Position numbers and translations under genes: made by a program. Positions 17,753 to 26,398 of a stretch of 32,966 bases of DNA are shown here, one piece after another (within the stretch, counting starts at the first letter, position 1; each line of letters opens with the position of its first letter). The notes under the pieces were generated by a model. It saw nothing but the letters and a program-made list of their open reading frames with translations. It did no database searches and had not been told where the DNA came from. Source of the DNA: Candidatus Moanibacter sp. (GTDB lineage: Bacteria; Verrucomicrobiota; Verrucomicrobiia; Opitutales; UBA2987); assembly GCA_965215885.1 (NCBI GenBank), contig CBDCEW010000063.1, forward strand, positions 1 through 32,966, written 5' to 3'.

Positions 17753-18109
17753 CTAACTGAGAAGATAATTGGAGCTGCGATAGAAGTGCACAATCTGATG
17801 GGGCCAGGTCTTTTGGAATCTGCTTATGAAAAGTGCCTGTGCAGAGAGTTGGAACTACTCGAATTGCCGTACGAAAGCCAATTAATATTGCCAGTTACTT
17901 ATAAAGGAGTCGAAATAGAATCAGGTTACCGCATTGATATTCTAGTCGATCAAAAGATCGTGTTAGAACTCAAAACAGTCGAAGAACTCATTGATGTGCA
18001 CGAAGCGCAACTCTTGACGTATCTCAAATTCTCAAGAGCGAAAGTGGGATTGTTGATTAACTTTCGTAGCAAGCTTCTGAAAGATGGGATCAGGCGTTTC
18101 GTTATGTGA
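17732..18109 (+). CDS. GxxExxY protein (PD-(D/E)XK nuclease fold), copy 1
   Basis: IIGAAIEVHNLMGPGLLESAYE, YRIDILVD, VLELKTV, QLLTYLK, GLLINF; GGAG RBS before ATG 17732. Confidence 0.92.
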   Translation: MKMYHSDLTEKIIGAAIEVHNLMGPGLLESAYEKCLCRELELLELPYESQLILPVTYKGVEIESGYRIDILVDQKIVLELKTVEELIDVHEAQLLTYLKFSRAKVGLLINFRSKLLKDGIRRFVM

Positions 18110-18147
18110 AGGGCTGAGATGGAGAAAAAAAGCCTTGAACTTTATTT

Positions 18148-18188
18148 CTCTGTGGTGCTCGGTGTGACCTCTGTGTAACTCCGTGACT
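18148..18188. repeat. Right inverted repeat of GxxExxY unit 1
   Basis: Reverse complement GTCACGGAGTTACACAGAGG matches upstream GACACGGAGTCACACTGAGG (17671-17690). Confidence 0.8.
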
Positions 18189-18203
18189 CAGAAATCTCTA
18201 ATT

Positions 18204-18989
18204 ATGTCTGATATTTATTTGAAAGAATTGTTTGGGTTGGAGGGGAAGAACGCGGTTGTGATCGGCGGGACCGGAGTCCTGTGCGGTACGATGGCCGAGG
18301 GCCTGGCTCAGGCGGGCGCGGAGGTCGTGCTCGTGGGGCGTAACGAGGAGAAGGCGAATGCCGTTCTGAATCGGATCGATTCCAAAGGCGGGACGGGCTA
18401 TTTTGAGCCGGCCGACGTGTCAAAGAAGGAGGAAGTCGAGAACCTGCTCACGAGAGTCCTGGAGCGCTCCGGCAACGTCGATATCGTGATTAACGGAGCC
18501 GGTATAAACTCGGCGACACCGTTTTTTGAAATTACGGAAGAGGAGTTTGATGGGATTCTGGATACAAACCTTCGCTCGGTCATGCTAAGCGCGCAGGTCT
18601 TCGGACGCTATATGGTGGAGCGGGGAGAGGGGGGAAACATCATTAATATAGGATCGATGTCAGGAGTCGTCCCGATATCACGGGTATTCACCTATTCAAT
18701 TACGAAGGCAGCAGTGCACAATCTCTCTAAGAATCTGGCTCGGGAGTGGGCGCAGACCGGGGTGCGCGTCAATACCCTGGTGCCGGGCTTCTTTCCCGCC
18801 GAGCAGAACCGCAAGATTCTGACGCCGGACCGGATAGCATCGATTATGGGCCACACCCCGATGAATCGTTTCGGGGATGCGGAGGAGCTGATCGGAGCGA
18901 CGTTGTTTCTGGCCAGCGATAAAGCCGCCAGCTTTGTAACGGGCTCTGAAATCGTGGTCGACGGTGGCTTCTCCTCGATGTTGATTTGA
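18204..18989 (+). CDS. SDR oxidoreductase, likely D-mannonate/fructuronate oxidoreductase (KduD/UxuB-like)
   Basis: GGTGVLC, NGAGIN, YSITK (YxxxK), [22 protein letters not shown]. Confidence 0.8.
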   Translation: MSDIYLKELFGLEGKNAVVIGGTGVLCGTMAEGLAQAGAEVVLVGRNEEKANAVLNRIDSKGGTGYFEPADVSKKEEVENLLTRVLERSGNVDIVINGAGINSATPFFEITEEEFDGILDTNLRSVMLSAQVFGRYMVERGEGGNIINIGSMSGVVPISRVFTYSITKAAVHNLSKNLAREWAQTGVRVNTLVPGFFPAEQNRKILTPDRIASIMGHTPMNRFGDAEELIGATLFLASDKAASFVTGSEIVVDGGFSSMLI

Positions 18990-19020
18990 CATTCTGATCA
19001 GTCTGACTATAATTTTTGAT

Positions 19021-19257
19021 ATGAAAGCGGAGGAGATAGGAACATTGGAGGCAAAGACTCGTTTGTCGGCGCTGCTAGATGAAGTGCTCAATGGAAAGAG
19101 TTTCTACTTGACTCGCCATGGGAAACGGGTGGCCGAACTAAGGCCGATTGATGATGCGGCGAGGCGGCCTGAAGCGGGTTTTGCCAAAGGCACTTTTACC
19201 TATATCTCTCCTGATTTTGATGAACCATTGGACGAATTTAAGGCGTACATGGAATGA
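19021..19257 (+). CDS. Phd/YefM-family antitoxin
   Basis: EAKTRLSALLDEV...LTRHGKRVAEL, PDFDEPL; ATGA overlap with toxin. Confidence 0.88.
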   Translation: MKAEEIGTLEAKTRLSALLDEVLNGKSFYLTRHGKRVAELRPIDDAARRPEAGFAKGTFTYISPDFDEPLDEFKAYME

Positions 19258-19640
19258 TCCTCCTCCTTGATACGCACACCTTGATTTGGTTTGCGGAGGA
19301 CAGCGAGGCCTTGTCTTACAGGGCGAAAGAAGCGATCGAGGATAGCAACAATTCATCTCTCTATAGTATGGCCTCCATCTGGGAAATGGCGATCAAGCTG
19401 AGACTTGGGAAATTGAAAATGTCGAGGAAGCTTGATAAGAGTTTCAAGAATCTATTAGATTCGCATGGATTCAATGCTTTACCGATCGCCTTTAGCCATG
19501 CCAGCCGGGTTGCAAGGTTACCTCTACACCACCGGGATCCGTTTGATCGACTGCTTGCAGCCCAAGCTATGGAGGAGAAAATGACCGTGATCAGCCGTGA
19601 CACCTCGTTCGACGCATACGAAGTGAAGCGAATCTGGTGA
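19254..19640 (+). CDS. vapC: VapC PIN-domain toxin
   Basis: LLLDTHTLIW, SIWEMAIK, HHRDPFDRLLAAQA, ISRD. Confidence 0.9.
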   Translation: MILLLDTHTLIWFAEDSEALSYRAKEAIEDSNNSSLYSMASIWEMAIKLRLGKLKMSRKLDKSFKNLLDSHGFNALPIAFSHASRVARLPLHHRDPFDRLLAAQAMEEKMTVISRDTSFDAYEVKRIW

Positions 19641-19875
19641 GGGTGATAATTCGCCTTGCGGTTGAGCGAGTCTTGTAGCTGGACCCTGGCAAGCCGGGTT
19701 CAGATCCTTTCCATAATTGAACGTCCCGCCTGAAAATTATCCTCAGAGCAACGAATCTGAAATATTCGATTGAACGGAGGACTTAATCGGTTGAAACTCG
19801 ATGCCGTGTGAAATTCGAGTTTTGAAAAAAAACTCTCGACCAACGAACTTCCTGAGAAGGTTAGGTTAGCAAGCA

Positions 19876-21288
19876 ATGACATTCATCACTGATAATTTTC
19901 TATTACAGAGCGAAGTGGCGGAGGAACTCTACCACGGATACGCGAAGGATCATCCGATCTTCGACTACCACTGCCACATCCCGCCGGTGGATATCGCGGA
20001 GAACAGAACATTCAATGATCTCTTCGAGATTTGGTTGGAAGGGGATCACTATAAGTGGCGTGCAATGCGCGCAAATGGAGTCGATGAGCGCCTGTGCACG
20101 GGAGATGCGGATCCCTTTGACAAGTTTATGGCCTGGGCGCGCACCGTTCCGGATACCCTGCGCAACCCGCTCTATCACTGGAGTCATCTCGAGTTGAAGC
20201 GCTATTTCGGGATCGACAAGCTCGTAAACGAGGATACGGCCAGGGAGATTTGGGAGGAGGCAAACGAAAAGCTTCGATCGCCGGATCTATCCGTTCACGG
20301 AATTTTACGGAAGTTCAAAGTTGTGGTCGTTTGTACGACGGATGATCCTACAGATGGACTGGAGCATCATCAGGCGATCGCGGATTCGGGATTGAAGACG
20401 AGGGTGTATCCCGCTTTTCGGCCCGACAACGCCCTCAGGGTGAACGATCCAGAACTCCTCCGACCCTGGCTGGAGAAGCTCGAGGCGAGTAGCGGGATCG
20501 ATTGCGGCGGGTTCTCCGGTTTGCAGGACGCGATCAGGCAGCGGCACGATTTCTTCCACGAGATGGGCAGCCGGCTCTCGGATCACGGATTGGAGCGCTG
20601 CTACGCTGTTCCCTGTTCAGAGAGCGAGGCGTCTGCTATTTATGATCAAGCGCGATCGGGAACCGCGGCTACAGTTGAGCAGTTCGAAAGATTTGCTTCA
20701 TGGATGATGCTTTATTTTGGACGTCTCGACGCTGAGAAAGGTTGGACTAAGCAGCTCCACCTGGGGGCGTTGCGGAATGTTAACACCAAAATTTTCGAGA
20801 CGATTGGACCTGATGTGGGGGGCGATTCGATCGGTGATTTTCCGCAGGCGCAGACCCTGGGACGCTATCTGAGCCAACTGGAAGCGGAGGATGCGCTACC
20901 CAAGCTGATCGTCTACAATAACAATCCTAACGATAACTACATTCTCGCCACGATGATCGGAAATTTCCAGGGCGGAGGGATACCCGGGAAACTCCAGTTT
21001 GGCAGCGGCTGGTGGTATCTCGATCAGAGGGAGGCGATGGAGTGGCAGATGAATGCTCTGAGCAATGTGGGTTTGTTCAGTCGTTTTGTAGGCATGCTTA
21101 CCGATTCCCGCAGCTTCATGTCCTACCCGAGGCACGAATACTTTCGAAGGGTGCTCTGCAACCTGATCGGGCGCGATGTAGAGAACGGCGAGCTGCCAGG
21201 TGACATGCAGCTTCTGGGCAAGCTTGTGGAGAACATCTGCTTTTTCAATGCGAAGAACTACTTCGGAATGGAAGCCGGCGAGATATGA
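19876..21288 (+). CDS. uxaC: Glucuronate (uronate) isomerase
   Basis: DYHCH, GDHYKWRAMR, NPLYHWSHLEL, CTTDDP, FGSGWW, GMLTDSRSFMSYPRHEYFRR. Confidence 0.95.
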   Translation: MTFITDNFLLQSEVAEELYHGYAKDHPIFDYHCHIPPVDIAENRTFNDLFEIWLEGDHYKWRAMRANGVDERLCTGDADPFDKFMAWARTVPDTLRNPLYHWSHLELKRYFGIDKLVNEDTAREIWEEANEKLRSPDLSVHGILRKFKVVVVCTTDDPTDGLEHHQAIADSGLKTRVYPAFRPDNALRVNDPELLRPWLEKLEASSGIDCGGFSGLQDAIRQRHDFFHEMGSRLSDHGLERCYAVPCSESEASAIYDQARSGTAATVEQFERFASWMMLYFGRLDAEKGWTKQLHLGALRNVNTKIFETIGPDVGGDSIGDFPQAQTLGRYLSQLEAEDALPKLIVYNNNPNDNYILATMIGNFQGGGIPGKLQFGSGWWYLDQREAMEWQMNALSNVGLFSRFVGMLTDSRSFMSYPRHEYFRRVLCNLIGRDVENGELPGDMQLLGKLVENICFFNAKNYFGMEAGEI

Positions 21289-22367
21289 CCCAAAAGAGTG
21301 ATGGAATGACGTATGTGCCGGCCGGCAAGGCGGAACGCGTCGTCGAGGAGGGCGAGTTTCTGTTTGCAGCCGCTCACCTTGATCATGGGCACATCCAGGG
21401 TCAGTGCCGGGGGCTGATCGATGGCGGAGGTGTTCTGAAGTACGTTTACGATCCAGACCCCATGAAGGTGGCGGAGTTTCGCGAGAATTTTCCAGAGGCG
21501 CAATCAGTCGATTCTCTAGAACGTATATTGGATGACGACAGCATCCATCTCGTGGCCGCCGCTGCCGTGCCAAACCTGCGAGGTCCAGTTGGTTTACAGG
21601 TAATGGAAGCGGGAAAAGATTACTTTACCGACAAAGCGCCCTTTACTGAGCTTGGGCAACTTGAAGAGGCGCGGAAAGTGGTCGAGGCGACTGGGAAGAA
21701 GTATCTGGTCTACTACAGCGAGCGTCTGCACAACGAATGTGCCTGGTTGGCCGGTGAGATGATAGGGGAGGGGGCAATTGGCGATGTTCTACAGATTACG
21801 AACATTGCGCCGCATCGACTGAGTAGGGAGAGTCGGCCGGATTGGTTCTTCAAGAAAGAACAGTATGGCGGGATCATAACTGATATCGGATCCCATCAGT
21901 TCGAGCAGTTTCTTCATTATGCGGGGGCTGTGGACGGAGAGGTCGCCTTCGCGCGCGTAGCGAATTTTTCAAATCCTGATACTCCGGAGTTGGAAGATTT
22001 CGGAGAGGCGGTTTTGCAGCTCGACACGGGAGCTTCGGGATACGCGAGGGTCGATTGGTTTACTCCGGATGGACAGAGCGCCTGGGGGGATGGGCGGACG
22101 TTTGTTTTGGGAACGAAGGGTATGATCGAATTGCGCAAGTATATCGATGTCGCACGAGACTCTGGTGGCGATCTCATTTTCCTCACCGACGGCGATAGAG
22201 AACAGGAGATCCGCTGTTCAGGAAAGGTGGGATTTCCCGCATTCGGAAGGCTTATACTCGACATACTCAACCGAACCGAGAGTTACATGACGCAAGATCA
22301 TGCATTTAAGGCGGCCGAACTGTGCCTCAAAGCACAGGAGATCGCGGATCGTACGAGAGGTAGATAG
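21285..22367 (+). CDS. Gfo/Idh/MocA family oxidoreductase
   Basis: LDHGHI, DKAP, YYSERL, DIGSHQ, VDWFTPDG; ATGA overlap with uxaC. Confidence 0.85.
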   Translation: MTQKSDGMTYVPAGKAERVVEEGEFLFAAAHLDHGHIQGQCRGLIDGGGVLKYVYDPDPMKVAEFRENFPEAQSVDSLERILDDDSIHLVAAAAVPNLRGPVGLQVMEAGKDYFTDKAPFTELGQLEEARKVVEATGKKYLVYYSERLHNECAWLAGEMIGEGAIGDVLQITNIAPHRLSRESRPDWFFKKEQYGGIITDIGSHQFEQFLHYAGAVDGEVAFARVANFSNPDTPELEDFGEAVLQLDTGASGYARVDWFTPDGQSAWGDGRTFVLGTKGMIELRKYIDVARDSGGDLIFLTDGDREQEIRCSGKVGFPAFGRLILDILNRTESYMTQDHAFKAAELCLKAQEIADRTRGR

Positions 22368-22402
22368 AAATCGTTAGATGATTAGGATTCTTTTCGATCT
22401 AA

Positions 22403-22675
22403 GTACTCGAATTCGTAAATACGGTGACGTATGCCGAGGCGATTTTGGATGCTGGGGGAGGCGGTCGAGTCGTGCCAGGCCTGGCGGTCTTGGGCGACTC
22501 GACCAACGCTGCCCAGCGCCAAAAGCGCCCGGTCCCAAAGGGATGGGGCGGCATTGGGGGTATTGCGGCGTTGCGCCGACGAGGAGAGCTCGCCAGGGCT
22601 GTCCGTCGCCGGCGCGCCTTGCACTACCCCCAATGGCGCTCCCACATACGTCACCGTATTTACGAATTCGAGTAC
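22403..22675. mobile_element. 273-bp MITE
   Basis: Perfect 31-bp TIRs GTACTCGAATTCGTAAATACGGTGACGTATG; flanking TAA duplication (22400-22402, 22676-22678). Confidence 0.88.
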
Positions 22676-22706
22676 TAAGGGAACCGCAGGAGTTTTGGAA
22701 ACGAAA

Positions 22707-24533
22707 ATGAAAAAGAAAAGACGAGGCAGACGAGAGGCCGGAAAGCTCCGCATTGGGGATCAATGGAATGCGATTTCCATCATTGCCCTGTCGCAGACAA
22801 ATCCTCTCAAAGCGGTAGCGGAGTTTGTGGAGAACAGCATCGATGCTAGAGCCAGGGAGATCACGATTGTTCGCGGCAAGAAGCATGGAGACTACTATTT
22901 AAGGATTTGCGATGATGGAGAAGGGGTACCGCTCGATGCGGAGGGCAAGCCTGACTTTAAATTCGTGGCAACCCACATCTGCGATTCGATCAAGCGGCAG
23001 CTGAAGCAAGAAGGCGCAAAGGGCATTCAGGGAGAGTTTGGCATCGGGTTATTGAGCTTTTGGACACTTGGAGAGCGGTTGCAACTGATGTGTGCGGGAA
23101 GGGATGGGAAAAATTACGAAATGATAATGTCGAAGGGCTTGCCCGAATACAGAGTCTCCCAAAGGCGGCTTCTTTTGCCGATTAAGGGCACCGAACTGGT
23201 AGTCTACCCCCTCTTACCTGGAATCCGGCACCTGAATGGAGAGAAGATCCAGCGATACCTGGCCTCCGAACTCAGAGATCGAATAAGAAATTCGCCAGTC
23301 GAGGTTCGAGTAGTCGATCGGACGGGGAGGGCCGAGTACAAGGTCGAGCCTCGCGAATTTTCGGGACGACTCCTTCGCAATTTGAAAGTTCCAAGAAACG
23401 TCAAGGGTGAAGTCTACCTGGAAATCTACCTCAATGAGGCAAAGCCGGACAACGGTGTGGGATTGTACCGGAGGGGGACGCGGGTGCTTCCACGAATCGC
23501 CGATCTGGATGTCTTCGACACCGAACCCTGGACTTCGGGTTATCTGCAAGGCATCATCGATGCGCCGATGCTCAATCTGACACCGGGCACGAGAAGTGGA
23601 TTCGTGCGAGATGCTGCGTTTGAAGAGTTTCGAAAGGCGCTAGAGCCGCTGGAGGAACAGCTGAACAGGATTATCGAGGAGCAACGAAAAGCGGAAGAAG
23701 AGAAGGCCAGCCGCCAGATCCTGAAGAGCGTACAGCGCGCCTTGAAAGAGGCGATGCTCTCACTCCCACAGGAAGAGTACAATTGGTTCGACGTCTACTC
23801 CGGTTCGGGCACATTGAACAGAAAAACCAGGAGCCGTCCCTTGACGGTGGAGGAGGGAGGAGAAGAATATGAATCCGGCCGAGGTCTCGACTACGGCGGA
23901 GAAACGGAAGATGAAGAGAACCCTCAAAAGGAGTTCTTTCAATTCGCGGGACCACTCTACAATGTGTTGATCTCGCCAAAATCGAGTATGGTGCAAGTGG
24001 GTGAAAGGAAGCCCTTCCGGGCAATTTGTAGAGACCGCAGTCGGCGACAGGTTGAAGAGAATCTTCAATACCAATGGGAGATTAGCGAAGGCGCTGGCCG
24101 GTTTGATGACGCTCTCGGTGAAATAGTCGGGTTCGTGGCACCCGATGAACCCGGATTGACGATGCTGAAGCTCACTGTGGAGCAAGGTGATGTGACGTGC
24201 GGTGCCGAAGCTATTGTGACGGTAACGGATTCGATTATACCCGAAGAAAAGGATCGCAGCGGAAGAAACAAGGGGCTGCCGGGCTACACCTTTAAGCGGG
24301 CGCCGGGAGAGAATTGGCGTTCAAAATACGAAGTCGATAGAAATCTGATCGTCATCAACAACGGCCATCGTGACTTCGTCCACGCCTCGAAGAACCGTAT
24401 GCGCAAGTTGCGTTACATCTGTCGATTGTTTGGTAAGGAGCTCGTCCTGCACAATTTTCCGGGGATGTCGGCGGAGCAACTACTCGAGCGAATGATTGAG
24501 CTTTCGATGTACACGGAGGAAAATTTGAAGTAG
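22707..24533 (+). CDS. GHKL (Hsp90/MORC-like) ATPase, 608 aa
   Basis: EFVENSIDA (N box), ICDDGEG (G1), GEFGIG (G2), KGTEL; coiled coil and beta-rich C-terminal region; start placed at ATG 22707 after the MITE. Confidence 0.8.
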   Translation: MKKKRRGRREAGKLRIGDQWNAISIIALSQTNPLKAVAEFVENSIDARAREITIVRGKKHGDYYLRICDDGEGVPLDAEGKPDFKFVATHICDSIKRQLKQEGAKGIQGEFGIGLLSFWTLGERLQLMCAGRDGKNYEMIMSKGLPEYRVSQRRLLLPIKGTELVVYPLLPGIRHLNGEKIQRYLASELRDRIRNSPVEVRVVDRTGRAEYKVEPREFSGRLLRNLKVPRNVKGEVYLEIYLNEAKPDNGVGLYRRGTRVLPRIADLDVFDTEPWTSGYLQGIIDAPMLNLTPGTRSGFVRDAAFEEFRKALEPLEEQLNRIIEEQRKAEEEKASRQILKSVQRALKEAMLSLPQEEYNWFDVYSGSGTLNRKTRSRPLTVEEGGEEYESGRGLDYGGETEDEENPQKEFFQFAGPLYNVLISPKSSMVQVGERKPFRAICRDRSRRQVEENLQYQWEISEGAGRFDDALGEIVGFVAPDEPGLTMLKLTVEQGDVTCGAEAIVTVTDSIIPEEKDRSGRNKGLPGYTFKRAPGENWRSKYEVDRNLIVINNGHRDFVHASKNRMRKLRYICRLFGKELVLHNFPGMSAEQLLERMIELSMYTEENLK

Positions 24534-24596
24534 TTAGGAATCTGTCGGGACGAGGTAGGTGAATACTTGCCGCAAAAAACAAAGGAATTATCTATC

Positions 24597-25907
24597 ATGA
24601 GTGAATCCTTCCCAGAGATATCGCGTATCGAGCACGAAGGACCTGAATCGAAGAACCCTCTGGCGTTCAAGCACTACAATGCTGATGAGATGATCACGGG
24701 CAAATCGATGGCGGACCACTTGCGTTTTGCCTCGGCCTATTGGCATACCATGCGCAATCCACTGTCGGATCCTTTCGGAGTGGGGACGGCGCAGATGCCC
24801 TGGGAGGACGGCACGGATTCCGTGCAGAACGCGCAGAACAGAGTAAAGACTTTTTTCGAGTTTCTAGAAAAGTGTAATATCGGATTCTATTGTTTCCATG
24901 ATCGCGATGTTGCACCCGAGGGAGAGTCGCTGGGGGAGACGAACGCGAATCTCGATGCAGTGGTCGAAGTCCTGGAATCCGAGCAGGAGCGGTCGGGGAA
25001 AAAGCTACTTTGGGGAACCGCCAATCTCTTCACGAATCCGCGGTATGTCCATGGAGCGGCCACGAGTTGCAATGTCGAAGCATTCGCCTACGCCGCTGCG
25101 CAGGTAAAAAAGGCGATCGAGGTGACGCATCGTCTGGGCGGGGAAGGCTATGTTTTCTGGGGCGGCCGGGAGGGATATTCCAGTTTGCTGAATACGGATA
25201 TGAAACGCGAACTCGACCACCTCGGGCGCTTTCTACACATGGCGGTCGATTACAAAAAAGAGATCGGTTTCGAGGGACAGTTTTATATTGAGCCCAAGCC
25301 GAAAGAGCCGACCAAGCACCAATACGACTCGGATGCGGCCGCTTGTCTGAATTTCCTGCGTGAGTACGATCTGCTGGGAGACTTCAAACTCAATATTGAG
25401 ACCAACCACGCGACCCTGGCCGGGCATACGATGTGGCACGATCTTACGGTTGCGGCGGTTGCGGGAGCTTTGGGCTCGATTGATGCCAACACGGGCGATC
25501 TGCTTCTGGGGTGGGATACCGATCAGTTTCCGACGGATATCTATCTCGCGGCGCAAGTCATGCTGGTAGTGTTGGAGATGGGAGGATTCTCCACCGGAGG
25601 CTTGAATTTTGACGCCAAGAGGCGGCGCGAGTCATTTGAACCGATTGACCTTTTTCATGCCCACATCGGGGGAATGGATGCCTTCGCGCGCGGGTTGAAG
25701 ATCGCGGTAGCGATTCGTGAAGATGGACGTCTCACGGAGTTATTGCGGGAAAGATACGCTTCCTGGGACGAGGGTCTAGGGGCACGAGTGGAGGCGGGCG
25801 AGGCAGGGTTAACGGAACTCGAGACCTATACGATGGAGCACGGCGAACTGGAAAATGTATCCGGCAGACAGGAGATGCTAGAAAATATGATCAATGAATT
25901 CCTTTGA
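24597..25907 (+). CDS. xylA: Xylose isomerase
   Basis: [58 protein letters not shown]. Confidence 0.97.
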   Translation: MSESFPEISRIEHEGPESKNPLAFKHYNADEMITGKSMADHLRFASAYWHTMRNPLSDPFGVGTAQMPWEDGTDSVQNAQNRVKTFFEFLEKCNIGFYCFHDRDVAPEGESLGETNANLDAVVEVLESEQERSGKKLLWGTANLFTNPRYVHGAATSCNVEAFAYAAAQVKKAIEVTHRLGGEGYVFWGGREGYSSLLNTDMKRELDHLGRFLHMAVDYKKEIGFEGQFYIEPKPKEPTKHQYDSDAAACLNFLREYDLLGDFKLNIETNHATLAGHTMWHDLTVAAVAGALGSIDANTGDLLLGWDTDQFPTDIYLAAQVMLVVLEMGGFSTGGLNFDAKRRRESFEPIDLFHAHIGGMDAFARGLKIAVAIREDGRLTELLRERYASWDEGLGARVEAGEAGLTELETYTMEHGELENVSGRQEMLENMINEFL

Positions 25908-26398
25908 ACAGAAGGTAACGAAGAGAACAAAGAAGGCTTGTGCATCGACTCTACAGAAAGGCTGACCGGATTAGTAAGGAAGTAATCGGGGCGGCCATAG
26001 AAGTTCATAGGAATAAGGGTCCGGGTCTGATTGAATCCATCTACGAGTGGTGCCTCATCACAGAACTAACGATTCAAGGGCTTGGCACGAAGAGTCAGAA
26101 GCGAGTTTCTGTCACATATAAAGGCTTCAAGAGGGAAGAGCCGCTGAGATTTGATGTGCTGGTAGAAGATTGTCTTTTAGTTGAAGCAAAGGCGGTGGAG
26201 AAAATTCTGCCCATCCATAAGGCCAAGCTTCTCAGTTACATGAAGTTGCTGGACATTCCAATTGGTCTATTGATCAACTTTAACGAATTGCGTGTGGTCG
26301 ATGGAATAACAAGGCTGATATTGCCCCGAGCTAACAAGGAACATTGCTGAACTTGCTTAATTCTCCCTCTTCGTAACCTTCGTTACCTTCTGTTTAAA
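25903..26398 (+). mobile_element. IR-bounded GxxExxY unit 2 (putative small mobile element)
   Basis: TTTGAACAGAAGGTAACGAAG (25903-25923) versus CTTCGTTACCTTCTGTTTAAA (26378-26398): 20/21 inverted match; mobility is inferred. Confidence 0.65.
25940..26350 (+). CDS. GxxExxY protein (PD-(D/E)XK nuclease fold), copy 2
   Basis: VIGAAIEVHRNKGPGLIESIYE, LRFDVLVE, VEAKAV, LLSYMK, GLLINF. Confidence 0.92.
   Translation: MHRLYRKADRISKEVIGAAIEVHRNKGPGLIESIYEWCLITELTIQGLGTKSQKRVSVTYKGFKREEPLRFDVLVEDCLLVEAKAVEKILPIHKAKLLSYMKLLDIPIGLLINFNELRVVDGITRLILPRANKEHC

Noticed and set aside
22431..22706. N-terminal 92 aa of the 700-aa ORF as native ATPase sequence
   Set aside because: Almost entirely MITE sequence; the plausible start is ATG 22707.
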